This document shows positions 15,678 through 28,300 of a DNA stretch of 64,000 nucleotides, piece after piece. Source of the stretch: Octopus bimaculoides (Eukaryota); NCBI RefSeq assembly GCF_001194135.2, contig NC_068984.1:19651062-19715061 (forward strand), given 5' to 3'. The stretch's first letter is position 1. Each line of letters begins with the position of its first letter. The notes under the pieces are model-generated. The model was not told where the DNA came from. It ran no database searches and saw only the letters and a list, made by a program, of their open reading frames with translations. Position numbers and translations under genes: made by a program.

Positions 15678-18624
15678 CTGCTTCAATTAAACAAACCTTG
15701 GTATGGAAAAAAAATATTATAACACCTGGCAATGTCATGAGAATCAACATTATTGAACATGACTATCCCATAATTGATTGATTTTTTTTTTAGGATTTTT
15801 TTTTTTCCGCCAATAAAATTGAAGACATTTGGATTTCTTAAAACTGTACAGATGTGGAAAATGTGTGTACAACCATGAGCTAATGAAGAAGCTTCTACAT
15901 GTTGCTCCACCAGCTAAAAGCAATAATCATATCTCTCTCAAATCACACCCTGCCACCTTAACCCATGTGCTACCAAATTTCTGTTGAAATGCACTGCCTT
16001 TGTGGCAATTGATTTTTAAAATGATGAAGAATTTAGTAAAAATAACTGGTGTTTGGAATATAAATTAATGTGAAATTGTGATGGAAGGATTTAATTTAAT
16101 TTGTTGTAAAATATGAATTTTCTATCATGGAACCAGGTACACAATGGCAGGCAGGTTGGTATGAAAAGGGTAAAATAAAGTAAGGAATGTCAGTTGGAGT
16201 TTTAAAAGGAGTTTCTATAAAGCTAGTTTTTTTAAATTGAATGCCTATTGGGGTCCACCAGGATGAAATAAGAATCAAAGGCATCTATAGATAACAAATG
16301 GTTGAGAAACCCTGTCCTAGATAGATGTTTGAAAAGGACAAGACTTTTGTGGTTGTTTGAAAAGGACAAGACTTTTGTGTCTGATGATAGGTCTACTTGA
16401 TCATGGTTGACCTGGGGCTAATCTACAACCACAGCAGTAGCAATAACAACAGTATAAACAGCAACAACAAAAAGAACAGCAGCAGCACTGGCAGCAGCAG
16501 AGGCAGCACCACCTGCAGTAGCAACAGCAACAACAATAACATTTATGAGACACAAGAATTCACATTTTTCTCTTAAAAATACACCTTCATGTCAAAGCCT
16601 GAAGATTCATGATTTTCCTCAAGGAAAATAAGGCCATGGTTTTCCATTACCTTCTGTGAGATTTGGTTACTATTTACTCTGTCAATCTCTTCTCTCCAGC
16701 TTACCCTTGAGGCACAACACCTAGTTAGCCCTTAGGCAAGGGAGACATGTACATATAACATCAAGGCACATCCACACATCAGGGATCCAAACTCAAACTG
16801 GCACTCCGACAATTAGGACAACAAGGGTTTCGGTTGATCTGATCAACGGAATACCCTGCTCATGAAATTAACATGCAAATGGTTGAGTACTCCACAGTCA
16901 CTCATACCCTTAATGTAGTTCTCAGAGGGATTCATCATGACATGGAATGTGACAAGGTTGGTCCTTTAACTTACAAGTGCAACTCATTTTTGCCAACTGA
17001 GTGAACTGGAGCAATGTGAAATAAAGTGTCTTGCTCAAGGACGCAATGCGCTGGCTGTGGAGAATTGAACTGATGACCTCATGTTTATGAGCTGAATACT
17101 CTAACCACTAGGCCACACCCCTCCACATTAGGGGTCCAATGTGACATATATGTAGGGGCTGACCCTCTTCTGAGCCCTTCATGCCTAAGCCACAGAACCA
17201 TCTTCTGCTATTTGACTCATAACTGGGGTCTTTGAAAGGTACTAACTCTCGGCACCAGAGTTGGACTGAAAGCAGCGGTAAGTAGGAGTAATTCTATCCA
17301 TTCTTCCCAAGACACTTGAACTCCTGATCTGAAGCCTTGCAACTGAAGAAAGTTCTATCAATCTCTTTTGCCAAACAGCTAAGTTACAGGGACATGAACA
17401 CACTTACACTGGTTGTGAAGCAAGCAGTGGGGGATAAACACAGACACACACACACACACATATATACATAAAAGATGGCCTTCTTTCAGTTTCGTCTACC
17501 AAATCCACTCACAAGGTTTTTGTCTACCAGAGTGCCATCTGACTGGCTCCGGTGCCAGTGGCACAGAAAAAGCACCATGCGAGCATGGTCAATGCCAGTA
17601 CTGCCTGTCTGGTCCCTGTGCCGGTGGCACACAAAAAGCACCCACTACACTCTCGGAATGGTTGGCATTAGGAAGGGCATCCAGCTGTAGAAACATTGCC
17701 AGATCAGATTGGAGCCTGGTGCAGCCTCCTGGCTTGCCAGTCCTCAGTCAAACCATCCAACCCATGCCAGCATGGAAAGTGGACGTTAAATGAGGATGAT
17801 GAGAGTATGTGGTAGAAGACACTTGCCCAAGGTGCCATGCAGTGGGACTGAACCTGGAACTATGTGGTTGAGAAGCAAACTTCTGACCACACAGCCATGC
17901 CTGTACCTTCCCTGAGACCAGGTAACATTTTATCATGTTAAAAATGGAAGAATATCCTGGATAAATGCACCATGTCTTTAGACAAACTAATATGGAAATA
18001 GTTAGAAAACTTTTCATCACAGGTCCACTAAATCACAAATGACTCGGTTAAACAGCAACAATATCAACAACTTCAACAACAACAAAATAGCATTTTCGGT
18101 CTATTCTTTAATGAAGACAAGATTCAATCAATGTCCTTTGTCTTAAAATATGATGTTTAGAAAAAAAAATGGGAATTACTTTGATAAATTCAAGATGTTC
18201 CTCCTTCTTTGGTAAATCAGGTTTTAATGAGGAGCCGTCCTTCAGTTTATTCTCTGCTTTTTTCATCCAGTTGGATAGAATTTCATAACTTTGATCATAT
18301 TCATTCAGTTGTTGCTTGGAATTTTCTAGTGTAATTCTATCAAACAAAGCAATTAGAAATAGTTCAGAGAGGAATTTTACAAACAATGAAATAAAAAAAA
18401 AATATTTTATACAACATGTATTCTTGAGTGAGAGAGAGAAAATGTGTATGTACATGTGAGTATAAATGGGAAAATACACATACACACAAAAATGTCACAA
18501 CTTGTAAATGAATGAGAAAAAGAGTACTCAATATATGCTATACTGTACATGTGAGTATTCATTTGAAATTAAATTTTTTACCACAACTAAATTTTCATGC
18601 CAGATTTAGGTGTAAAAATGGGAG

Positions 18625-18660
<36 letters not shown>

Positions 18661-20418
18661 AATATACACATCAACATGCATATATGATGACAGCATATAT
18701 TATATATGAGGGTGGGCTGAAAAGTCCATAGGCTGACTACAAAGGAGTGATGCTAGAGCTGTGAAATCTTGCATGCATTAATTTCAACTCTTCTTATTCC
18801 TGCATGAATGTATAAATGTGCATGCACATGCACATGCACACAAATAAACACACACACACACACCATCAGTCTCCTCCCATTTCAATGTCCACTCCTTCGT
18901 GCAGAATTCGTTGAGGGAGTTTCTTTAAGGCCAAGTACCATTCCTGTCATCAACCCTCACCTGTTCCATGACCACTGAAACTGTTCATGTACAATTAGGG
19001 CATGATGTCAAGGCAAAAGGAAACACAAACACACAGTTCTATACACACACACTTTTGTATACAACACACATACACAAACACACACAAACACAGATACACA
19101 TATATACAAATATATATGAATATTGATATCATCAGGACTTACTTGATCTCCTCCATCTGCTTAATAGATGTGTTCCACAATTGGTTAGCATTATCTCGTT
19201 GTTGTTTCAACTTAATTTGTTTCTCATCTGGTAAGATAGCTGATAACTGTTCTGCCTTTTCCAACACTAACTGCCGATCTGTTTCTTCTTTCGGTACATT
19301 AGAAAGAAGATCCTGTAATTTAAAATGCAAAACAATAATAAAGATTTTGTTATATTTCAAGAGGTTCATTATACCAATAATAAAAACACATACTGATTTT
19401 GTTTCACTTCCTTATTATCATCATCATTATTGTTATCATCGTGGAGGCGCAATGGCCCAGTGGTTAGGGCAGTAGACTTGTGGTCATAGGATCATGGTTT
19501 AGATTCCCAGACCGGGCGTTGTGAGTGTTTATTGAGCGAAAACACCTAAAGCTCCACGAGGCTCCGGCAGGGGATGGTGGCGAACCCTGCTGTACTCTTC
19601 CACCACAACTTTCTCTCACTCTTACTTCCTGTTTCTGTTGTGCCTGTAATTCAAAGGGCCAGCCTTGTCACACTGTGTCACGCTGAATATCCCCGAGAAC
19701 TATGTTAAGGGTACACGTGTCTGTGGAGTGCTCAGCCACTTGCACGTTAATTTCACGAGCAGGCTGTTCCGTTGATCGGATCAACTGGAACCCTCAACGT
19801 CATAAGCGACGGAGTGCCAACAACATTGTTATCATCATAATAATAGATGCATGGTCTAGTGGTTAGGGTGTTGCACTTGCAATCATGAGATCATGGTTTC
19901 AGTTCCTAGACTAGTCAGTGCATAGTGTTCTTGAGCAAAACACCTCATTTCATGCTGCTCTGCAATCATTTTGACACCTGATGCATTGTACACCTGCCAT
20001 CAAATCAATGTTCAGGCAACAGGAATAATTGTTGTCTTGGTCTTCCATAGTCTCCTCAACTCTATGGCTAAATCCTGATATTTCTTGGCTTTTTTTCAAT
20101 TTCTTTAGTATTGACTCTGCTATCATAGGGAATTGCAAAATCAATGCTTATTTTATCCTCTATGATCATAACCATCCTTCTTGCTTCAATAGCATGGTCA
20201 GTTTAATTATTATTTCACATAAAGGCAGCAAGTTGGCAGAATCATTAGTATGCAGGATCAAATACTTAGCGGTATTTCACCTGTTACTACATTCTGAGTT
20301 CAGATTCTGCCGAGATCGACTTTGCCTTTCATAATTTCAGGGTCAATAAAATAAGTACCAGTTGAACACCTCCCCTAAGCTACCCTTGTGGCAAAAATTT
20401 GAAACAATTATTATTATT

Positions 20419-20500
<82 letters not shown>

Positions 20501-22173
20501 TTAGCAAAATGTGGAATCTGAAGACTAAAACAATACCTATTGTCATAGGTGCCCTGGGAATGACAGCGAAACAGGCTGATTACTACCTAGCTCAGATACC
20601 GGGAAACCCCAAAATGGCTGGAGCTCATAAGATAGTGCTCATGGGAACTGCCCATATCCTACGTAAAATACTGTCTATGTGATCTCAAATTTTAAAACAA
20701 ACACATAATTTTCTTATGGTTTCTTAAACATTCTCTAAAACAACACTATGTACAAATCCAAATATATGGTACCCTAGGCATAACACCTACATGAACTTCT
20801 AACTTGTTGTCTCTTGAGGTCTCTGGGTGAGACTTGGATCGAACTTGTACAAATGCAAAACAAAATTCAAACATAAAATAATAATAATAATAATAATAAT
20901 GTTCTTACATTCACAGCCTTTAGCCTAATCTCAATAGCTTGTTGATCTCCACCAACTTCACTACACCAAGAGAGTTTTTCTGTCAGTGGTTCAGCCTTCT
21001 CAGAGAGTTTTTGGTGGTGTTCTTTGCAGTTTTGTTCAAGGCACTCAAACAACATGTTTTCTGTTTTCACAAACCGGTTTGACAAAGAATCAATCTTTTG
21101 ACAATGAATTTGGACGTCTTTGAACAAGTTGGAAGCTTCAGCTGACTGGAAGGTTTTTTGTAAGTTATCCGCTTCATTTAACAATAACTTGCTGTTTGTT
21201 TCATGTAAAGTTAGTTCTTGTTTCATATCCTGATAAAAGAGAAAAAAGAAAAACAAAAAACAAAAAAACTAATAAACTGTTACTGAAAGAATTGGCTGGC
21301 TACAAAATGGTAAAAATTGGATAGATATTAAATGATGAAGAACTGGATGATAGGATGATTGCTATATAATAGGGTACCGCATCAATCTATAAAACACTCG
21401 ACAATATCATATAATTATCACGCTACTAAGAATTTGAAACACATTCTATAACAGTGACACACTATACAGCTGTACTTAATTACAGGGTTACCATTACTTT
21501 CAACATGCAAACCAGAACAATGGTAAAAAATATTTCCTTAGCAAGTAATAAAAATGAATCTCATCATTGTCCTTAGAATTAGGGGACACTATCATCTCCT
21601 ACTCCGCCACTACTCTAATATATTTTTCTGTATTTCTTGTATTTCGTTTCAAAGGAAACACATTTACTGTAGTGCTGCCATAGATCCATCTCTCTCTCCC
21701 CCTCTCTTTTTTCAGTCTATCTATCATCTATCAATTTGTAGCATCTATCTATCTCTTTATCCATCTACCTATCAATCTATCTGTTTCTGTCTGTCTCTAT
21801 CAATCTATCTATCTATCTATTTGTTTATCCATTTTATATATCTATCTATCATCTATCCATCTCTCTGTCTGTCTATCTACCTATTTTTCTATCTATCTAC
21901 CTTTCTTTCTGTATATCAACTATTATCTTTCCCATTATTTTGTGGCTTTCATGTTTAACAGGCACATATGACCAGCACATATTCTTTTATTTTATTTATT
22001 TATTTATTTTGCTTGTATCAGTTATTGGTCTGCAGCCATGCTGGGGAACATCTTTGCACAATTTGGTCACACAAATCAAACCTGGTACTTGTATTTTTAA
22101 AGTTTGGTACTTATTTTATCATTCTCTTTTTGCCAAACACTAGTCATCAAGCAGTGTGGGCACGTGAAGATTT

Positions 22174-22204
<31 letters not shown>

Positions 22205-22360
22205 NNNNNNNNNNNNNNNNNNNNNNNNNNNNNNNNNNNNNNNNNNNNNNNNNNNNNNNNNNNNNNNNNNNNNNNNNNNNNNNNNNNNNNNNNNNNNNNN
22301 NNNNNNNNNNNNNNNNNNNNNNNNNNNNNNNNNNNNNNNNNNNNNNNNNNNNNNNNNNNN

Positions 22361-22391
<31 letters not shown>

Positions 22392-22402
22392 GATAGATAG
22401 AC

Positions 22403-22494
<92 letters not shown>

Positions 22495-25293
22495 TATATA
22501 CATATATGCATATATACACACACATGTGCTAATAGGTGCTTGTATGGCTTTGTGGTTAGGAAGGCTGCTTCCCAAATATGTGGCCTTGGGTTCCCTCCCA
22601 CCTCACAGCACCTTGAGCAAGTGTCTTTTCCTATAGTCCCAGGCTCACTAAGTGGATTTGGTAGACGGAAACTGAAAGAAGCCCATAGTATATCTATATA
22701 TGTAAGTGTCTGTGTGTGTATATGTATTATATAGTAGTTGTACATGAGCATCACCTTCATATAAATAATGTTGTTCATTTCCAGTCTTTCATAAAAAATA
22801 TGTCTAGCCATGAGGAAATATTGCCTTGACTGGAAACAGGTGAAGGTTGGCGATAGGAAGAGCAGCCAGCTGTAGAAAATTTTCCATGAAAAATTCCATC
22901 TGACCCTTACAAGTATGGAAAAGTGGACATTAAATGCTGCTACTGATTATGGTACTGATGATCACATGCACATACACACATGACAGAATTCCACACAGTT
23001 TCCATCTACCAAAGATGTGTTATTTTTTTATAAATGTCTTTCATTGATGCATATTGGTAAAGAACACTATGGCCTTGTAAGTGAAACTATGGTTGACAGA
23101 AACTGTGTGGATGTCCATCAGAGGCACCATTCCTGCCCTTGGAGGGTTGTAGACTTAATTCCTAGCCTAGCTAAATAAACACCATCACCTGGTGCTTAGA
23201 TGTCTTTAGCAGAGTACAGTCTGCTGCAAGAATTTGGGCTAACATTCCAGTCCAAAGGCAACCACCTCCCTTCATCCTACCACTCACAGAAGCACTAAAA
23301 ATGGTCATGATTTCTGCCCTTCCTACTAAATTATAAAAAGATTCCTTAAATTAAAATTTTTGTCTAATATCCAAAACAGTAATTAGATCATTCATCTTAC
23401 TTTAAAATTTCTTATGAAAGTTTTATTTGTCTTAATGTTTCCTGTGAATATATATCCTGCAGCTATGTTCTGATAACTTCTAATCATTATTGTTCTTTAT
23501 TCATTTTCCTAAACATACTGTGATAAAATTATGATAATTTTTTTTGCTCTTTATCTTTATATTTTGCTTCTTTTGATAAAGATTTTCCATTTATGAGAAA
23601 AGAAGAAAATATTTTGGAAAGAAAAGATGAATTGATTATTCAAAGTTGCATCTTGGAAATATTCATCTTTGAAAAAATCTAATTTAAAATTAATAAGTGA
23701 ACAATTCTGTGGCAATTTTCTAAAAAGGTTTGCCTACAAACGGTAGCTACAAAATTATCATGAAACAATGTCTTTGATTAAAAATATAGCCATTTAAATA
23801 TGCATTATCAATGGAAATATATAGCATTTCAGTTGGGAAAAATACAAAGAAACATTGTGAAGACAAATTAAGAAGTTTTACCAATCATGCAGTCATCAAA
23901 GATCTTATACAAAATAACGTTCACAATAAAATTACTTATCAAACCAAATTTTTTGAATTTTCTTAAAATAAAAACAAAATATTTGGAAGGCTGACCTTTA
24001 GTTTGGTTATTTGGTCAGCAACATCTTTTTCAATTTTAGAAACATCGTTGAATTTCAAAAGTGAATTCTTAGTTGAATTTAACCATCTTGTTTCATCTTC
24101 AAGATTGGCCGACAAGTTCTGGTGTTGTGCTGAGAAATCTCCTATGATCATTTCCAGCTGCCGTGCAAGACTTTCAGCATGTTCAAAATGTTGTTTGATC
24201 TCACTCTGAGAATGATTCAAACTTGATATCACAATATTGCCATTTAGTTCTTGCAAGTCTTTGATTTTTTGCTGTACTTCAACAAATATTTTGGTAAAAT
24301 AAGGAACTTCTTCCTAGAGGAGTCAAAGAAATGAAAACAATGATAAGAGTGAATGGTAAGTGAAGGGAGAAAAGAAAAAAGTAACAATTAATAGGAGAAA
24401 TAATTTTAAAAATTAAGACATGAAAAACATATGCGATGAAGAACAGACGTTTTTCAAAGATTTCTATAAGAAGAGGATTATATGGTAACAGAAGGGTTGT
24501 GCCATGTATATATAGTAACATATGGACAAAGTGAAAAATCTGAGAAAATTGTTCAAGAAAAGCAAAAACAAAAAAGGCCCACGAATACAGACCTTATACG
24601 AAAGAAGTCTTGTTTCCACAGTAACAGTGTCTTCAAAATTATTCAAGTTATCTTCAAATCTTTTAATAAGAGGCACAATCCAATTTTTGATTTCTTCTAT
24701 TCCTGAGTGTAATTGCTCCCAGCAGACGAGCTGAGCTTCACAGTTTTCCTTCTGAAGTATGATGGTCTGTTTTAAAACAACAACAAAAAAATGAAATTAA
24801 TGAAAGAGATGTGTGGATATTCATGCAATGGTATGCTTTCCAATAAATACAGAAATATTGCATTTAATATTTTACTTGGTTCTCTTTGTTTTTAATCCAA
24901 TCTTCTGTACCACTTCTCCTATATTCCCCTTCCTTGAGTGTGCATCCTCACACAATTTCACGACCATCTTTTCCAACTGGAGTGACTATGTATTTCCTCA
25001 AAAGCAAGGCACTTGTTTCTGTCCCTCAATCATATTTTAATGTCCCAACACTTGGTACAAAGCCACTTTCCTCAAATACTACATGCCCTTCACTTGAGGG
25101 GCTTTGTCTTGCAAGTTACTCAATGACCTCACTGGTGTGATGCCATGTAAAAAGCACCCCATACAATTTGTGAAGTGGTTGGCATTAGAAGGGCATCCAG
25201 CTGAGAAACCATGCCAAAGCAGACATTAGAGCACAATGTAGTCCTCTGATTCACCAACTCTAGTGAAACCATCCAACCCAAATGAGACATTAA

Positions 25294-25346
<53 letters not shown>

Positions 25347-28300
25347 AGCCATTTCTAAGGAGGCAAGCTGGCAGAAACGTTAGCATGCAGGGCAAAATGC
25401 TTAGTGGTATTTCGCCTGCTGTTACGTTCTGAGTTCAAATCCCGCCGAGGTCGACTTTGCCTTTCATCCTTTCGGGGTCGATAAATGAAGTACCAGTTAT
25501 GCACTGGGATCGATGTAATCGACTTAATCCCTTTGTCTGCCCTTGTTTGTTCCCTCTATGTTTAGCCCCTTGTGGGTAATAAAGAAATAAGAAACGTTAG
25601 CATGCCGGGCGAAATGCTTAGTGGTATTTCATCTGTCTTTACGTTCTGAGTTCAAATTCTGTTGAGGTCGACTTTGCCTTTCATCCTTTCAAGGTCAATA
25701 GATTAAGTATCAGTTGCGTACTGGGATTGATCTAACTGACTGCCCCCTCCCCCCCGCCTCAACAAAAATTTCGGGTTTTGTGCCTAGAGTAGAAAAGATG
25801 ATAACCATTTCTGTAATAATGTCTCAAGGAGAAAATATTGAACAGATTTGCCATTAGATTCTTCAAGAAAGCATAAGGCCACATAATAGTAGTCGTGGCA
25901 TTCATGCTTTTCCCAAAAGCATTAGAGTGATAGGTGGTAGGAAGAGTATCCAGCTGTAGAAATCATTTCAAAAATGGAATGTGTAAGTGAGGTGTGGTCT
26001 TCTGATGCATCTAAAAGGACAGCAACTCTAAATAAGAACTGACTTGGATTGTAACAAATTGTCCAAACCATGCCAACATGGAAAGTAGACAAAAAAGGAT
26101 GAGGATGATGAAATAACCACTATTGCAATCATATTCTCCAATCATTATGTTAGAAATCAATATTAGCTGGGCGGAAGAAGGAAAGTAAATGTAACAATTA
26201 GCTTACATCATTAGTTGTTTCCCATGAGTGGTTAATCATTTTAATTTCTTTTTCAATCTGAGACAAATCCAATTTAGGAACTTTCTGTAACTCTTCCAGT
26301 AACTGGGTACCTTTGCTGTTGTAATAATCCAGCTGTGTCTGGGTAGCATGTAACTCAAATTCTGCACTCTGGAGAAGAAAGCAAAAGTTTGTTGCTCAAT
26401 AGATCAAATATAAGTTTTTCTCATTTACTTTCACATAAAGGCAATTAGTATAAAATTTACAACAGGTCAAATAGATCATTACACATATTCAAGATAAGGT
26501 TTTCAGTTTTAGCCGATGGTTTGATGACTAAATCAGTATCTGTCTAAATAAGACTGAATATCAACTACTTGAAACATTGCAAATATAAAAATTTTACCTT
26601 TTTGATACCAACCCATCTGAGATTGCCCTTGGTTTCATAATATAAAACAGATCTCGGTTAAAACCATCCATCAAAATTCCATGTTAATTTATGTTCCAAA
26701 CACCAGCTTGAGAACTCTTTTACTTGTTTCAGTCATTTGACTGTGGCCATTCTGGAGCACCGCCTTTAGCTGAGCAAATTGACCCCAGGACTTATTCTTT
26801 GGATGCCCAGCACTTATTCTATCGGTCTCTTTTGCCAAACCGCTAAGTTACGGGAACATAAATACACCAGCACCGGTTGTCAAGCGATACTGGAGGAACA
26901 AACACAGACACACAAATGTACACACACNNNNNNNNNNNNNNNNNNNNNNNNNNNNNNNNNNNNNNNNNNNNNNNNNNNNNNNNNNNNNNNNNNNNNNNNN
27001 NNNNNNNNNNNNNNNNNNNNNNNNNNNNNNNNNNNNNNNNNNNNNNNNNNNNNNNNNNNNNNNNNNNNNNNNNNNNNNNNNNNNNNNNNNNNNNNNNNNN
27101 NNNNNNNNNNNNNNNNNNNNNNNNNNNNGAAGACACTTGCCCGAGGTGCCATGCAGTGGGAATGAACCTGGAACCATGTGGTTGGAAAGCAAGCTACTTA
27201 CCACACAGCCACTCCTGTGCCTAATGACAAAATTATTTTACTAAATTCTTCGTTATTATCAAAATTAACTAAAACAAAGCCAGTGTATTTCAAGAGAAAT
27301 ATGTTAATGAAAGGAACACTAATGATCATGCTGTCATTATCTGCTTTAGGTGATCATGCAATCAAAAGCAGGCACAGATCCCCTCTCAGCCTTTTAACCC
27401 TTTCATTACCATATTTACTTTGAGATGCTCTGTGTTTCTTTCAATTAATTCTAAATATAACAAAGAATTTAGTAAAATAACTGAATTATTAAGGTAGTGT
27501 TAGGAACATAAATTGTGACTAAAGTTTGGTGGAAGATTTTAATTCAAAACTTATGAAAACAAGACATTTGTACTACAGAGCCAGAGGCAGTTTCAGCCAT
27601 GTTGGTATCGAAAGGATTAATCCTTGACCTAGCAGGATATCCAGGATGTTAAGAGCAGTAGAGAGAGGTCTGCACTAGCACATAGCTGATACTCATTTAC
27701 AGATGTGTAGAGAAGTAGTAGTAGTAATAGTAAGACCCCCTAGATATTATTATCATCACAAGTCTTAGGGCTCATAGGATCATTTTTCCATTGCATGTAA
27801 GTGACCAAGAACACAATATTCCCTCTGGATGGGATGCTAGTCTCTTCGAAGGGTTGCTCACTTACAGCTGAGTGGATGAGAGTAAAGGGAAATGAAGTGT
27901 TTTGCTCAAGAACACAACACACTGTCTTGTCCAGAAACCAAAATCATGGTCTTGTGATCATGAGTGCAACACCCTAACCACCAGCCTAAATGTCTTCAGT
28001 AGATTAGAAAAAAGTGAAAGAAAGTACTTTACTCAAAGATACACACTGCCCAGTTCAGGAATTGAACTCATGACCTAATGGTAATGAGCCCAGCATAGTA
28101 ACCACATGGAACACATATTCTTTTCTACTCTAGGCACAAGGCGTGAAATTTTGGGGGAGGACACTAGTCGATTAGATTGACCCCAGTTCGCAACTGGTAC
28201 TTAATTTATCAACCCCAAAAGGATGAAAGGCAAAGTTGACCTTGGTGGAATTTGAACACAGAACGTAAAGACAGACAAAACACTGCTAGGCATTTTGCTA

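Noticed and set aside
16327-16378. 24-bp direct repeat gtttgaaaaggacaagacttttgt x2, and other short repeats as CRISPR-like arrays
   Set aside because: Only two units, no spacers or cas genes, eukaryotic context; local slippage duplication
19441-19520. tRNA-like sequences (here and at the heads of families A, B and E and at 54565-54632)
   Set aside because: A/B boxes are present but there is no complete cloverleaf or acceptor stem, and each continues into a repeat body, so these are SINE heads rather than tRNA genes
20343-20546. Poly-L/N/I/M/ER/H ORFs (also 55614-55886, 56847-57110, 36883-37089, 25129-25395, 42443-42731, 51659-52041)
   Set aside because: Trinucleotide and dinucleotide microsatellite translations
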